A stretch of DNA of 64,000 nt from Thecamonas trahens ATCC 50062 (lineage: Eukaryota; Protista; Apusomonadida): assembly GCF_000142905.1 (NCBI RefSeq), contig NW_013657650.1, positions 1-64,000 of the forward strand. The letters are read 5' to 3'. A model generated the notes under the pieces. The model saw nothing but the letters and a program-made list of their open reading frames with translations, ran no database searches and was not told where the DNA came from. Positions 32,196-43,900 of the stretch are shown one piece after another. Positions within the stretch are counted from its first letter, which is position 1, and every line of letters starts with the position of its first letter. A program made the position numbers and the translations under genes.

Positions 32196-32999
32196 CTACA
32201 CTGGCGCACTCGCTTCCTCGCCCACTGCGGACTGGGAGGCTGCTGCGTCGAGCAGAGCAGCAAGCTGAGGCGTGAACGCGATGTCGGCGGGCGTCTCGCC
32301 GTCGGCCGTCACCGCGGTTGGGTTTGCGCCGGCGGCGAGGAGCCGCACCGCGACGCCGTGCCGGCCGCGAACAGCCGCCATGTGCAGCGAGGTCCGGGCA
32401 CGGTCGTCCGCAACCGCGTCGACGCTGGCGCCGGCGGCGAGGAGGAGGTGGACCAGCGCGTCGTGGCCTTGATGTGCCGCCATCATGAGCGGCGTTACGC
32501 GGACGCTCCCGCCAGCGCGCACATCGACATAGGCTGCACCACGCAGCGCCGCAGTCTCTGCCGGATCCAGCCCATCCTTGCCAGCTGCCGCCGCTGCCGA
32601 CGACGACGCTTTCGATGCGCGGAGCAATGACGCCGCCTTGGCCGACATGGACGACGGCGACCGTCCAGACAACAGAGCCTCTGCCGCAGCGTGAGCGCCG
32701 TACCAAGCAGCGACATGAAGCGGAGTAAGGCCAGCACCATTCCTAACATGCGGATCAGCACCAGCATCAAGCAGCATGCGCACAGCAACGGCCCGATTCC
32801 TCTGCGCAGCCATGACCAGCGCCGACGATCGCCCCGGTCCGTCGCATCGATTGACCGCTTCGTCCCGACTCGCGCCCGCCTCGCCTCGCGACTCGCCCGC
32901 AGCCTCGCCCATGCGCGCGAGCAACCTCCGCAGCAGGCCCGACTTGGCTCGCCCAGCCGCTGCCCACAATGGTGTGGCTGTCTTTCGTCGGCGGGGCAT
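32196..32999 (-). CDS. Ankyrin repeat protein
   Basis: GLTPLHVAA, TPLMMAA, TSLHMAA and GETPADIA. Confidence 0.88.
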   Translation of the reverse strand: MPRRRKTATPLWAAAGRAKSGLLRRLLARMGEAAGESRGEAGASRDEAVNRCDGPGRSSALVMAAQRNRAVAVRMLLDAGADPHVRNGAGLTPLHVAAWYGAHAAAEALLSGRSPSSMSAKAASLLRASKASSSAAAAAGKDGLDPAETAALRGAAYVDVRAGGSVRVTPLMMAAHQGHDALVHLLLAAGASVDAVADDRARTSLHMAAVRGRHGVAVRLLAAGANPTAVTADGETPADIAFTPQLAALLDAAASQSAVGEEASAPV

Positions 33000-33159
33000 G
33001 CTGGGTGGTGGGTGGGACGGGGCGGGTGAGGTGGCGACGGTGAGCGGTCGGCGGTGAGCAGCAGGCGTGGCGATCGCATCACGGGCTGTGGCTGGCTATT
33101 GGTGAAGGAGATATGGTTGTTTGTTGCCTTCGCCACACGGGCAAAAGAGTGGCTAATAG

Positions 33160-34554
33160 CTAGAGAGTGGCCAGCAGGGCCTTGAGCTCGACAAGGAGAT
33201 CGGCGTCCTTGGGCGTCTTGATGTCGACGGTGAGGCCCTGGGAGAGCCACGCCTTGGCCTCGTCATACTTGCCGAGGGCAATGTAGCACTTGCCGATCAT
33301 GAGATTGTTCTTGACGTAAAAGCCCGGCTCGACCTTTTCGGCGTCAAGAAAGTAGGCGAGCGCCTCGTCGTAGGTGGCGGTGGGCGGGGCGGCAAAGACG
33401 AGCGACGCGATCTTGCGGGTGTACCACGCCATGTCGGCAAAGGTGAATGCCCACATGCCGAGGATGTGGTAGTTGGTTCCGTTCGGACGCGGGTTGTACT
33501 GCAGCGCCTTGTCGAACGCCTCCTTGATGACGTATGCGTTCTGGATGGCTTCCTTGGTCGGCTTAAAGTCGCCGAGCAGCGAGAGGCTGATGCCGTACCA
33601 GTAGTGGCCCTCCCACCGCTGCGGCTCGCGGTCGCGCACAATCTCGGCAAATGTCAGCGCCTGCGAGAGGAGCGGGACCTTCTCATTGCCGACCTTAAAG
33701 TCCGAGTAGTTCTTGGCCGCACGCGCCGCAAGCACAAGCAGCTCGACCGACGCAATCTGCGGCTCGGGCCCGACTGCGAGTGTTGCGAGCTTGAGCGCCT
33801 TCTCCTTGTCAGCCTCCGACTTGGACTCGTAGTACGTGTCGAGCAGTGCCATGATCTGAGGCAGCGGGAGGTGCGACGCTGCCACAGTCTCCTCGTCGAC
33901 CTCGCCGTTTGCCTCCTCGGCGCACTTGGTGCCTACAATGAGCAGCGAGCCAGCGGCGACGCCGGCGGCAATGCTGGCAAAGAGAACACCGAGCGACGGC
34001 TCGGCAGCGTCCTCGGCAGCCCCGTAGTGCATGCGATGCAGCTCGGCTGAGGCCGACGGCGCCTGCCGCGCCGCAGACCGCGCCGGCACCTGCCGCGGGC
34101 CCGTCACCGCAGGTATCCGCTTCGCAACCGCCGTCGAGAGCGGACGACAGAGCCGCGCCGGCGCCGGAGCGGGAGCAGTCGCGCCCACCGGCGGACGCGA
34201 GGCCGTGGTCGACGAGAATGCGCGCGAAGCCGACGGCGGCTGCCACTTGGAGAGGCGCGCAGGGAGAACCGACGCCGAGACAGGGACCGAGAACGGACCC
34301 GTCGCCACCTGCTGTGCAGCAGCGTGACTTGATCCATGCCGTCCGTTAATCATCGATGATCGGCGTCCGCCAGCTGAGCGGGTCTGAGACACAAATCGCG
34401 GTTGACGAGTTGATGACGACGAACTTGCACTCGACGACGAAGCCGACGAGCCGAGACGGCCGCCAGACTTGGGCCCGAGCGTAGCAGGCGTGGAGCGGGC
34501 ACGAACGGCTCCGTTCATGGCCCGGAGAAGGGTAGGCATATTTCTGCGGAACAT
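33160..34554 (-). CDS. RMDN: Regulator of microtubule dynamics (RMDN/FAM82) TPR protein with a long presequence-like N-terminus and TM; start may be 34671
   Basis: GHYWYGI, IQNAYVIKEAFDKAL, LGMWAFTFADMAWYTRKIASLVFAAPPTATYDEAL and NNLMIGKCY. Confidence 0.85.
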   Translation of the reverse strand: MFRRNMPTLLRAMNGAVRARSTPATLGPKSGGRLGSSASSSSASSSSSTRQPRFVSQTRSAGGRRSSMINGRHGSSHAAAQQVATGPFSVPVSASVLPARLSKWQPPSASRAFSSTTASRPPVGATAPAPAPARLCRPLSTAVAKRIPAVTGPRQVPARSAARQAPSASAELHRMHYGAAEDAAEPSLGVLFASIAAGVAAGSLLIVGTKCAEEANGEVDEETVAASHLPLPQIMALLDTYYESKSEADKEKALKLATLAVGPEPQIASVELLVLAARAAKNYSDFKVGNEKVPLLSQALTFAEIVRDREPQRWEGHYWYGISLSLLGDFKPTKEAIQNAYVIKEAFDKALQYNPRPNGTNYHILGMWAFTFADMAWYTRKIASLVFAAPPTATYDEALAYFLDAEKVEPGFYVKNNLMIGKCYIALGKYDEAKAWLSQGLTVDIKTPKDADLLVELKALLATL

Positions 34555-35221
34555 CTTGGTGGTCTTGGTCTTGGTCTTGGTCTTGTTCTTGTCCTTGCCT
34601 TTGCTGTGTCTCTTGGTGGAAGTGAGAGAGAAATGTGTGCCGCCTTCCCGCTGACTATGCTCCAACGTCATCGTGACGAGCCAATGTCGTCAGGTTCTCC
34701 CGCATTCGTTTGCACAAATTTTTGAATTCCGATTTTCTTTTTTTGAAAACTACTGCGGTGCACCTCATCTCATGGACCATCTGCCATGAACCATCTGCCT
34801 CAACCTTGCTGATTGATTGTCATTCCCGCGCCCTGCATGGGCTTCATCAATCTGTACGTGTTCAATAGACAGCCTCCTCTGTTCTCTGCAGATCGTATGG
34901 CTCCCTTGCGAGGTTGTGGTGCGCCTATGACATGGTGGCTTTGGCACGATTCGTTGTGGTCATCACCACCCGAACATCACCCGTAGTCATGGCTCGACGG
35001 GCGCGTGGAAGAAGACACATCGCCAAGCACCATCACAGACACAACGTCCAAGCACATGGTGTACTCGCTCGTCGTGGTCGGTGCGATCAGAGAGCGATGG
35101 ATGGATGGATGGCTCTGGACCGCCTGCTCCCGCACATGTTGCACGTGGGTTGCCTCCTGACGTCACCCGCGCAACCGAGGCAACCACACCACAGCACGTT
35201 GCCCACACACCTCTTCCCGAC

Positions 35222-36786
35222 ATGTCTGCAAGCTCGTCGTACGACTCGGTGTCTGCGGCATCAGACGACAGCTCGACTGCCTCGCACTCGAATGGCGAGC
35301 TCTTTGAGGCGCTTGCTGCTGCGGTGGAGTCGGGCGCGCAAGACGATGTGCGGCAGTTGGTGACCAGCGGCAGGCGAGTCCGTCGGGGTACCTTGGTCGC
35401 TGCTGCACGATCAAACGCGTCGCCTTTGTTGCTTGGCTGCTGGATCACTCGGAGCATACCGTGGAAAGCGCAATGGGCGGCAACGGGTACACGGTTGGCG
35501 GGCGGATGATGTGTGAGGCGGCGAGTGCCGGAGCCATTCACGTCGTGCAGTGGCTGGTGGAGGAGCAAGGCGTTGATCCGGACGCAGTGGTTGAAGGTGA
35601 AACTGCGCTCGACTTTGCGGCGTCGGCCGGCAGCATGGACGTTGTCACGTGGCTGGTCAAGTCTGCCGGTGCCAGGATCGACGGCGTGGACGGTTGCGAC
35701 CAGACGCCGCTAGCGACGGCGGCAGGCGCCGGCCACATCGACATCGTCCAGTGGCTGGTGGAGAACGGCGCAGACGTCAACTTGGCGCGCAACAACCACT
35801 ACACGGCTCTCATGAGCGCGATGCGCGAGGAAAGCACTGAGATCGTCGAGTGGCTCCTTGACCAAGCCAACGTCGATGCTGCATGGGCGTTTGACGGCAG
35901 CTCTGCGCTCACGGTTGCAGCCAAGACCAACAAGCTAGAGATTGTCCAGCGGCTAGCCCTTGTCGGCTGCCCGCTCGAGAGCCCGGGATCCGGCAGCGGC
36001 GGTGCGATTGTGGTTGCGGCCGACAGTAACGCCGGCGATGTCGTCAAGTGGCTGGTGAGTGAGAAGCAGGTGAGAGTGGACGCCGCCGACGCATGTGGCG
36101 AGACCGCGCTCCACAAAGCTGCGCGATGGAACTACCTCGATATTCTCGAGTGCCTTGCGACAAGCGGTAGCAGCAATGTCAATGCGGCCAACGAGCGAGG
36201 CGAGACGCCGCTCCATGCCGCTGTCGACAATGGCTCGAGCGATGCTGTCGAGTGGCTGGTGCGCACGGGCCGAGCGAGTCTGGACGTGCGGAACAACGAT
36301 GGTGAGACGGCGCTCATGGCAGCCACCAAGCGCAACCGCTGGAGAATGATCTATGGACTCGTCGAAGGCGGGGCTGACGTCAACGTTGCCGACGCGGATG
36401 GACGTTTCCCGCTGCACGTCGCAGCCGAGAACGGGCGCTACCGAGTTGTGGATGCTCTCGCCAGCGCCAGCGGCGTCGATCTGGATGTTGTCGATGCCGA
36501 TGGCAAGACACCATTGCATGTGGCGGCGGAAGGCGGCGAGAGCAAAGTCGTCGAGCACCTACTGCGCCACGGAGCCTCATCCCAGGTTGCGGACAACAGC
36601 GGCGTCACACCGCTGCAGGCTGCGGAGCAGGCAGGCTTTGACGATCTCGCAGCGCTCCTCGCCATGGCCGTCAGCGACCGCGATGCGGCCCTAGCCGCCG
36701 TGGCCGAGTCTGCTAACTACCGCAGGCTTGACAAAGTCATGGATGGACGGGGCATGCCACCAGGCTTCGGCGGTAGTAGTACGTAA
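35222..36786 (+). CDS. Multi-ankyrin repeat protein (about 12 repeats); apparent 1-nt frameshift near 35415
   Basis: Many GETALH/TPLH ankyrin motifs. The upstream frame (LFEALAAAVESG...AAARSN) continues as VAFVAWLLDH in the main frame. Confidence 0.85.
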
Positions 36787-37041
36787 GCAAGTATGCAAGC
36801 GAGGAAGAAGAGGCCTTGACCACTTCCGCACAGCGAACACACGCCCTATGCAAAACGCTCGCCCCATCCCACCCGATCCCAAGTACGTAATGACGAGTAG
36901 CACACCAAGTCCACATTGCCATGTCTGTAATACCAAGCCCTGGACCTAGGCTTGATTTCCACCATCCCGATCCCGATCACCATCCCCCCCCTCTGGCCTC
37001 TGCCCGACGCTGGCCGACCGACTCGACCCGACTCGTCACGG

Positions 37042-37141
37042 NNNNNNNNNNNNNNNNNNNNNNNNNNNNNNNNNNNNNNNNNNNNNNNNNNNNNNNNNNN
37101 NNNNNNNNNNNNNNNNNNNNNNNNNNNNNNNNNNNNNNNNN
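37042..37141. other. Assembly gap (100 N)
   Basis: Run of N. Confidence 1.
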
Positions 37142-37233
37142 CGGACATCACGTGACTAACCCCCCCCCCCCCCCACCCCCTACCCACGCCCCTCACCCCA
37201 CCCTACCCCCCCCCCCCCCCCCTGTCATTGGCC

Positions 37234-39891
37234 ATGAGTGTGTCACCGTCAACGGCGTCGTCTGTCTACCCCAACCGAACATGGCTCATCATGTGGGGCG
37301 CATTGGGAGGAGTGCTCAACCTGGCAGCGCTCTTCATCATCAAACGATTGCTGGTATGGATGGAGACACGGGAAAAGTGGCCATCACCCGTCAAGCTCAT
37401 CCATTATCCCTCGTTCACCATTGCTATCATTGCCTTTACTTTGGGTGTTGTTTGTGTCGGCATTCCAGAGAGAAAAGAAAATGGTGATGTCATCTCATCC
37501 ATCGTCCTCTTGATCGGAGTCGCTTATCTCGCTCCCGTCGGTCTTCGTGAGCCGCTCTATGGCTCTGGTTGGCTCGCACTCTTCCTCGCCGTCATCGGCA
37601 CTGCTATGACCTTTGGTCTGCCGAGGACCGTGCATGATTCGGGCGTCAACATCTGGACATCGGTCTTCTTTCTTGGCCTCTGCATCATCACCTTCATCGT
37701 CTTTGTCGCCATCGAGCTGGTGCTGTGGCGGACCTGGTCGCGCGGTCTCTCCGCCCTCGAGTCAGGGCGAGATCGCAGGCTTCTCATCTTTCTTTACGCG
37801 GCGATGGTGGCCACTCTGCGACAGGCCAACGCACTCGTACTCTCGGCAATCATGTACGAGGTCGACGTCCGCGCCATCGGCAATGTCATTGTCTCGTTTG
37901 TCCTCATCTTTGGTGTCAACACCCTGCTCTCGGGCTACTTTTCCGTCCTAACTCTCCACGACTACGACCTCTTTGCTGTGGTTGTTGTCTTTGCTGCCGT
38001 CCGCCACATCGGCCTCGTCATGGAGTCGTTCACCTTTGGCGAGGCCAACGTCTCGGACGATGCCTGGATCTTCTCGGTTGCTCTCCCGGCCGGCGGCGTC
38101 ATTGTTCTCCTCGCTGCACTGGCTGCCATGTGGATGAGGCCCAACTTCTCCGCCCTCCACCTCTTTGACCCGTTCTCCGTCTCGTTCCTCGAGGTCACTC
38201 TGTTTGGCTCGTGCATGCCGCGCCGTGCGCCGTTCTACGACCCCAACACACTGCTTTCGGGCGCCTCACTCGACGCCTCACGCGATGCCGGCTCCGGGTC
38301 CTCGTCCTCGTCGTCGTACGAGTACGTCTACACCACCACCTCGCTCTCGACGCACGGCGGGCGAACCAGCCGCCCGCCGTCAGACTCCTCGCTCTCCGAC
38401 GCTATCCCGGACGGGTCGTCGTCCGAGGCCGCCTCGGACCGCTTCGGCATCGTCAGCACGTCATCGGCGCCGTCATCGTCGGAAGTCACCACATCCACAT
38501 CGTCGCACTCGTCCAGCGAGCAAGAGGAGCGGATCTCGGTCTCGTCCATGTCTGCTGGCGCCGAGCGCGACATCCGCTCGCCACACGAGCTTGCCAACAT
38601 CCACCTCGCCTCGCTCCGCCCGGCGCCGCGCTACGACGTAGCCATCACCGCCATGACGCTCGGCAAGCCGGTCGCACCAGGCTACCACTGGAACCTGCCG
38701 CTCCTCCGCCGGCCGGGCTCGGAAGTAGGGAGCAAGCTCCCGCCACGCTGCGACGGCGTCCACCTCATGCGCTCGCACTACTCGTGGACCACGAGGTCGA
38801 TCTTTGCCTGTAGCTACCTCGCCATCATCTCGGTCCTCTACTTTTCGGCAACTCTCATCCTCATGGCCGCGCTCTACAGGGTCTGCCCTATCCCGACCAA
38901 CGAGAGCCGCATGTTGTCGCCGCCGCCGCCGCTGCCGGCCTCGTTGCTCCACCCAGCCGACAACGTCCCGCTCTCACAGTTGCGGATGCTCGGGACCCAC
39001 AATTCATACCACCTCGCTCCGCGCAAGGTCTTTCCGGGCTTTAACCAGGGCGCCCGGTTTTGGCGGTACTCACACAAGCCGCTGATCGATCAGCTTGCGC
39101 TCGGCGTCCGCGCCTTTGAGTTGGACCCGCATGTCCGGTCCGAGTCAATCTCGGTCTGGCACGTCAACATCTGGGACGACTTTTCGCTCTGTCCGTGCTT
39201 TGTCACCTGCCTCCGAGTCTTTCGCGAGTGGTCGCGCGACCACCCGGGCCACGTGCCCATCATCATCCAGCTCGAGTTCAAGTCGCTCTGGTTTGCCGAC
39301 CTTGTTGCCGGCATCAACGGCGTCCATCTCGACTCGCTGGTCATTGTCGAGCGCGACATCCTCCGCATCATAGGCCGCAACGCTATCTTTACCCCTGATG
39401 ACCTTCGCAATGGCTCAGCCACCCTCCCGGACGCACTCGCTGCAAACTCGCCGCCCGGCTGGCCGCGCCTTGGCGCCCTCCGCAACAAGTTCATCTTTAT
39501 ACTCGACGACGCCTCGTCCACCCGCGCCGCCTATCTCGCGCCGTCGCTCGTCCTCCGCAACCGCATCATGTTCACCACCACTGTCGACGGCGAGGCCGTC
39601 TCGCCATGGACCTCGGTCTTCAAGTACAACTCGCCGCTCTCCGAGTCGGGCGCCAAAATCGCCGAGCTCGTCACCCAGGGCTTCCTCGTCCGCACCCGCG
39701 CCGACACCGAGGACCTCTCCGAGCAAGTCGATGAGAAGCGGGCCATCGCCGCCAACGACTCAATGGCCCAGATCGTCTCGTTCGACTGGACGCCCGAAAT
39801 CAAGTGGGCTTCGTACTTTTCGCCTTCGCTCCTCGCCTGCATCGCCAACGCCACCGTTCCCTGCTCGTCATGGTGGGAGTGGGAGCTGTAG
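37234..39891 (+). CDS. Fusion protein: NIPA/DMT-like multi-pass domain, Ser-rich linker, TM and bacterial-type Ca-dependent PI-PLC-like (PI-PLC-C1) domain
   Basis: About 9 N-terminal TMs with LAPVGLREPL...WLAL and TLHDYDLFAVVVVF...FTFGE. C-terminal LGTHNSYH, YSHKPLIDQL..GVRAFELD, HPGHVPIIIQLEFK, WPRLGALRNKFIFILD and GFLVRTRAD. Confidence 0.75.
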   Translation: MSVSPSTASSVYPNRTWLIMWGALGGVLNLAALFIIKRLLVWMETREKWPSPVKLIHYPSFTIAIIAFTLGVVCVGIPERKENGDVISSIVLLIGVAYLAPVGLREPLYGSGWLALFLAVIGTAMTFGLPRTVHDSGVNIWTSVFFLGLCIITFIVFVAIELVLWRTWSRGLSALESGRDRRLLIFLYAAMVATLRQANALVLSAIMYEVDVRAIGNVIVSFVLIFGVNTLLSGYFSVLTLHDYDLFAVVVVFAAVRHIGLVMESFTFGEANVSDDAWIFSVALPAGGVIVLLAALAAMWMRPNFSALHLFDPFSVSFLEVTLFGSCMPRRAPFYDPNTLLSGASLDASRDAGSGSSSSSSYEYVYTTTSLSTHGGRTSRPPSDSSLSDAIPDGSSSEAASDRFGIVSTSSAPSSSEVTTSTSSHSSSEQEERISVSSMSAGAERDIRSPHELANIHLASLRPAPRYDVAITAMTLGKPVAPGYHWNLPLLRRPGSEVGSKLPPRCDGVHLMRSHYSWTTRSIFACSYLAIISVLYFSATLILMAALYRVCPIPTNESRMLSPPPPLPASLLHPADNVPLSQLRMLGTHNSYHLAPRKVFPGFNQGARFWRYSHKPLIDQLALGVRAFELDPHVRSESISVWHVNIWDDFSLCPCFVTCLRVFREWSRDHPGHVPIIIQLEFKSLWFADLVAGINGVHLDSLVIVERDILRIIGRNAIFTPDDLRNGSATLPDALAANSPPGWPRLGALRNKFIFILDDASSTRAAYLAPSLVLRNRIMFTTTVDGEAVSPWTSVFKYNSPLSESGAKIAELVTQGFLVRTRADTEDLSEQVDEKRAIAANDSMAQIVSFDWTPEIKWASYFSPSLLACIANATVPCSSWWEWEL

Positions 39892-39953
39892 CCATGTTAA
39901 ATTCCCGCCACCCGACGCCGCTGACATCTCACACCAACACTCGTCGCGCGATC

Positions 39954-40997
39954 ATGAGCATCCGCACCCTCCTCACGACGCTCATCAGCGAGCTCGTGGC
40001 GCATACCTCCCACCATCCTTGGGCCTCTCCTCAGGCCGACATGCGGGCGCTTGCCTGCTCGATCCTCGCCTCGCACCCACCTGGCGGCGTCCATCTTCCG
40101 CCGGCCGCCGGACATCCGCACAATCTCCTCGAACACGCCCGCCACGGCAAAGACCTCCGGACCCAACGGCCGATCGAGTGGACGACGCTCTCGAGCCTCT
40201 CGCGCGATCTCCCGCTCCCGCCATCGGCCTTTACCGCAGCTGCCGCAGCCATCGCCGCAAGATCCACCGCCGTCCCTGTCCCCTACATCACCGGCTTTAC
40301 CGAGTTTGGCGAGCATCTCTTCCGGGTCGCCTCGCCCGACGGCGACCGCGTCCTCGTCCCTCGCCCTGCCTCGGAGCTGCTTGTGGAGCGAGCCACAAAG
40401 GCGCTTACCAGTCTCTCTTCACCCGCTGCCTCGGTCCTCGAGCTCGGTGTCGGCTCTGGCGCGGTGCTCATCTCGGTCGCGGCTGCTGCCGCCGACTTGC
40501 CGCGGCCCGTGGCTGCCGTCGGCGTCGACGTGGCGCCGGCCGCGCTACGGCTGGCGGAGGTCAACGCCCAGGCCGTGGCGGTCGATGCCAAGAAAGAGCT
40601 TGATGTCTCGCTTCTCGCCTCGTCGTGGATGACCGAGCTGCTGGCCTCGCCGGCTACCTTTGACGTCATCATCTCCAACCCGCCTTACCTCTGCTCGCAC
40701 GAGATCGGCGCGGCGCCCCACTCGCCGCTCGCCCACGAGCCGCGGGGCGCACTCGACGGCGGCGAGCATGGTCTTGACCCGTACAAAGAGCTCTTTCATC
40801 CTGATGCACCCGATGGAGCGACTGCACTCGACGCTGCGCTCACTCGCGAGCGCGGCGGGCGGATCCTGCTCGAAATCGGCTCGTACCAGGCCGACGACGT
40901 GGCGTCGTTGGTCCACGCCTCGCGACGGTTCGCCGTCGTTGACGTCCACAAAGACCTCGAGGGCTGGGACCGGGTTGTGGAAGTCGCTCGTCTTTAG
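39954..40997 (+). CDS. HEMK1: HemK/PrmC peptide release factor glutamine N5-methyltransferase
   Basis: PVPYITG..EF, VLVPRPASE, LELGVGSG, ISNPPY, HEP..ALDGG..GL, LEIG..Q and KDL.G.DRVV. Confidence 0.92.
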   Translation: MSIRTLLTTLISELVAHTSHHPWASPQADMRALACSILASHPPGGVHLPPAAGHPHNLLEHARHGKDLRTQRPIEWTTLSSLSRDLPLPPSAFTAAAAAIAARSTAVPVPYITGFTEFGEHLFRVASPDGDRVLVPRPASELLVERATKALTSLSSPAASVLELGVGSGAVLISVAAAAADLPRPVAAVGVDVAPAALRLAEVNAQAVAVDAKKELDVSLLASSWMTELLASPATFDVIISNPPYLCSHEIGAAPHSPLAHEPRGALDGGEHGLDPYKELFHPDAPDGATALDAALTRERGGRILLEIGSYQADDVASLVHASRRFAVVDVHKDLEGWDRVVEVARL

Positions 40998-43900
40998 TGG
41001 CTCTCCGGCGACGGACCGGTCGGCGTCCGATGCAGGTACGGAATGGGCGTGACGGGGTCGGGCCCGGCCGGATGGCTCTGGCTCGGCGTGCGCGGCAGTG
41101 GCATGAACGGAACGGGCGAGGCCTTGTGGACCGGCGGGAGTGCCAGCGGGCGCCGCCGTGCCGACGACGGGGTTGGATGAAGGCCGAGGATCCGGGTCGG
41201 CGAGAGCGAGCTGTGGAGCATCGAGGCCTCGGATGCGAGCGCCGAGTCCTCCATAGTCGATGCCTCCAGCGACCGGTCGCCGCGGACCAGGCCCGGGCCA
41301 GCGTAGGTTGTTGTCGGGCGCGACGGGCGAGCGCCGGCTGCAGTGGAGCTCCCGAGTGGTGTCTCGGCCCTGCCAAGCGGCGTCGCCACTGAGGCGTCGA
41401 TGCCGATGCGGCCGCGGGCAGCAGCGCCCGCTGGCGTCTCGGCGAGATGGACCGGCGACGGCGCGAGCGCCGCTCGTGCAACTCTGCCGCTGCTGCCGCT
41501 GCTCCGCAGCGGGCGTGGCGCCTTGGCACCTGTCGAGAACGGCGAGCGGCGCGGCGCGGCGTCGGTCATCGGCAGCGGTGCCTCGGAGCTGTCGAGCTCA
41601 GCAAGACGAACGCCGCGCCCAGCCGAGCCTCCGGCCGCGACAGCCGCCAGTGCATCGTGGCGCGGCGTGGCCGGTGGCGACGGCTGGACTGCAGTTGGCC
41701 GCTTCGAGCCCATACCTTGCCCGCGAACGTAGCTTGCGACGGCGACAACAGCCACCGCGCCGATGCAGAGGACCGCGAGCACAATGAGAATGACCCAGAC
41801 TGCGACGTACTTGGACCACGTGGTCGGCGGAGCCGCGGCGTGTGCAGAGGCTGCGGGTAGATAGGCATCGGCGTCAGCAACATACACACTCGGTGCGAGC
41901 GCAGCATAGCCAGGGTCAGACGGCGCGGCCACGGTCCCGAGCGGGACTGTCGGTTCGGCCGCGAGCGCCACGAGCGCGTCGGCCGAGAGCTCAACGGTGG
42001 CCGTGCCGGGAAGGCTGAGCGAGGTGGCGCCGGCAGCGGCCAGGAGCGGCGATGCAGTCATGTCGAGGGTCACGGGGCCGACCGGCGTTGACGCCAGCGA
42101 GATGGCGATGCTGAGCACGGCGAGCATCCCAGTCTGGGCGCCGGGCGGCGGCGGGGTAAGGACCGCGGTGGCGTTGATGGCGATGACGTCTGTGTCGACA
42201 AAGATGACGGCGTCAGCGACGGTGGAGGCAAAGCCGCTGTAGAAGAGAGATGCCGAGGAGGCGGCGTCTGGCCCGGCGACGACCAGCGGGCCGAGGCTGA
42301 GGCCGGCCGGAAGCTGCGGCGAGCCGTCGGCGGCGCGGTGGGCGACTGGCGAGCCGAGAGCCACGACCGAGATGGTCTGTGGAATGTTCCACTCGCCGGG
42401 CGCAAAGGCGACCGAGGTGGTACGCAGCTCGATGTGTGGCGAGTCGATGGCGAGCGGGACCGAGATAGTTGTCCCAGGTGCCGGCGGGGTGGGAAGCGTG
42501 AGCAGGAGCGAGAATGCGGTGCCGGCGTCGGTCTCACGAACGACCAGCGGGAGCGGCGGCGCAAAGTCGAGCCGCGGGTCCGAGCCCCATGCCAGCGTGG
42601 TAAACGAGACTGGGGTCGAAGCAGCCGACGCGAGACCGGCCGAGCTGGTCACAGCCAGCCGCGCGGTGTAACTGGTCGACCCGAGGAGGCGGAAGAACGG
42701 ATCGCCGCCCGACGACGCCACATACTGGGACGGCCAGCCGGACGAGATGACGGTGAGCTGGCTGACGGTGAGCGTTCGCGAGCCGATGCCGTCGACAGAG
42801 ATGGTGACGTTGGCGAGCGAGGCGAGCGTGCCACCGAGCGCGTCAGGCGAGTTGATGGTGAAGCTCAGCTCGACGTAGGTCTCTCCAACTCCGGCGACCG
42901 CAACGCTGGTCGGCGCAGCTGGGATGCCGGGCGCGGTGGCGCCGTCAGCAGTGACGGCGGCCGACGTGAGGCCGGCATCTGAGGTGGCTGTCGCCGTGAC
43001 GGTGTACCCTGTGCCCTGAGCAAGGCCGGTAAAGGTGGTCGAGAACGGCGCAGACGCCGGCAGCGTCTGCGAAGTTACGACGCCCGATGCGTCGACAAGG
43101 ACGAGCGTGACGTTGTCGAGTGCAACAGCGGCGCCACCAGAAAAGGCTGGGAGACTCCACGTGGCGGCAAGCGTTGCGGGGGTACCGACTGGCGCGGGCG
43201 CCGACGACGGGCTCAGCGAGAGCAGCGGAATTGCTGACGGCGGCGCCACAGGAGTTGTGAACGCAAGCGGGGCCGAAGCGTGCGAAGTGACGCCGAGCGA
43301 GTTGTGCGTGGCAAGTGTGAGCTCGTAGCGAGTGCCCGGAACGAGGGCGTGGAGACGCCAGGGCTTGGCCGCCGGAAGGACGAAGGCGACGGGCGTGTAA
43401 GGCGCGTCCGGGCCATCGAAGCGGGTGAGGCTGGCGTTGTAGGCGGCGACGTGGGCAGAAGCAGCACCGACGGCGAGAGGTGGCACAAAGTCGAGGTCGG
43501 ACGAGACGGTGTGCGGGTCTGTGGCGAGCGCTGGGGCGATAAGCAACGACGAAACGAGCTCGAGTAGGCCTGGTGGGTCCGGCGGGCCGACTGGCGTGAC
43601 AACCACGAGCGGCGGGGTGGAGAACGGCGAGAGCAAGCCGGCCGAGTTGAGGGTGGATAGGCGGATGGAGAAGGTGGTGCCGGGCAGGACCGAGAGGAAC
43701 AGCGTAGCCGAGGTGGCGTCGTCTGGAGTAACAGCAACGACATCTGCGCCTGCGGCCGGACCTTCGGTAGCAACATATGCGATATGATAGCCGGCGACTG
43801 CGAGCTGTTCGCCGCCGCCAAATCCTGTCTCCACGGGCGCGTTCCACTGCAACGAGATGGCGCGCGGAGCCGGCGGCGAGGCGATGGCGAGATCTGTGGG

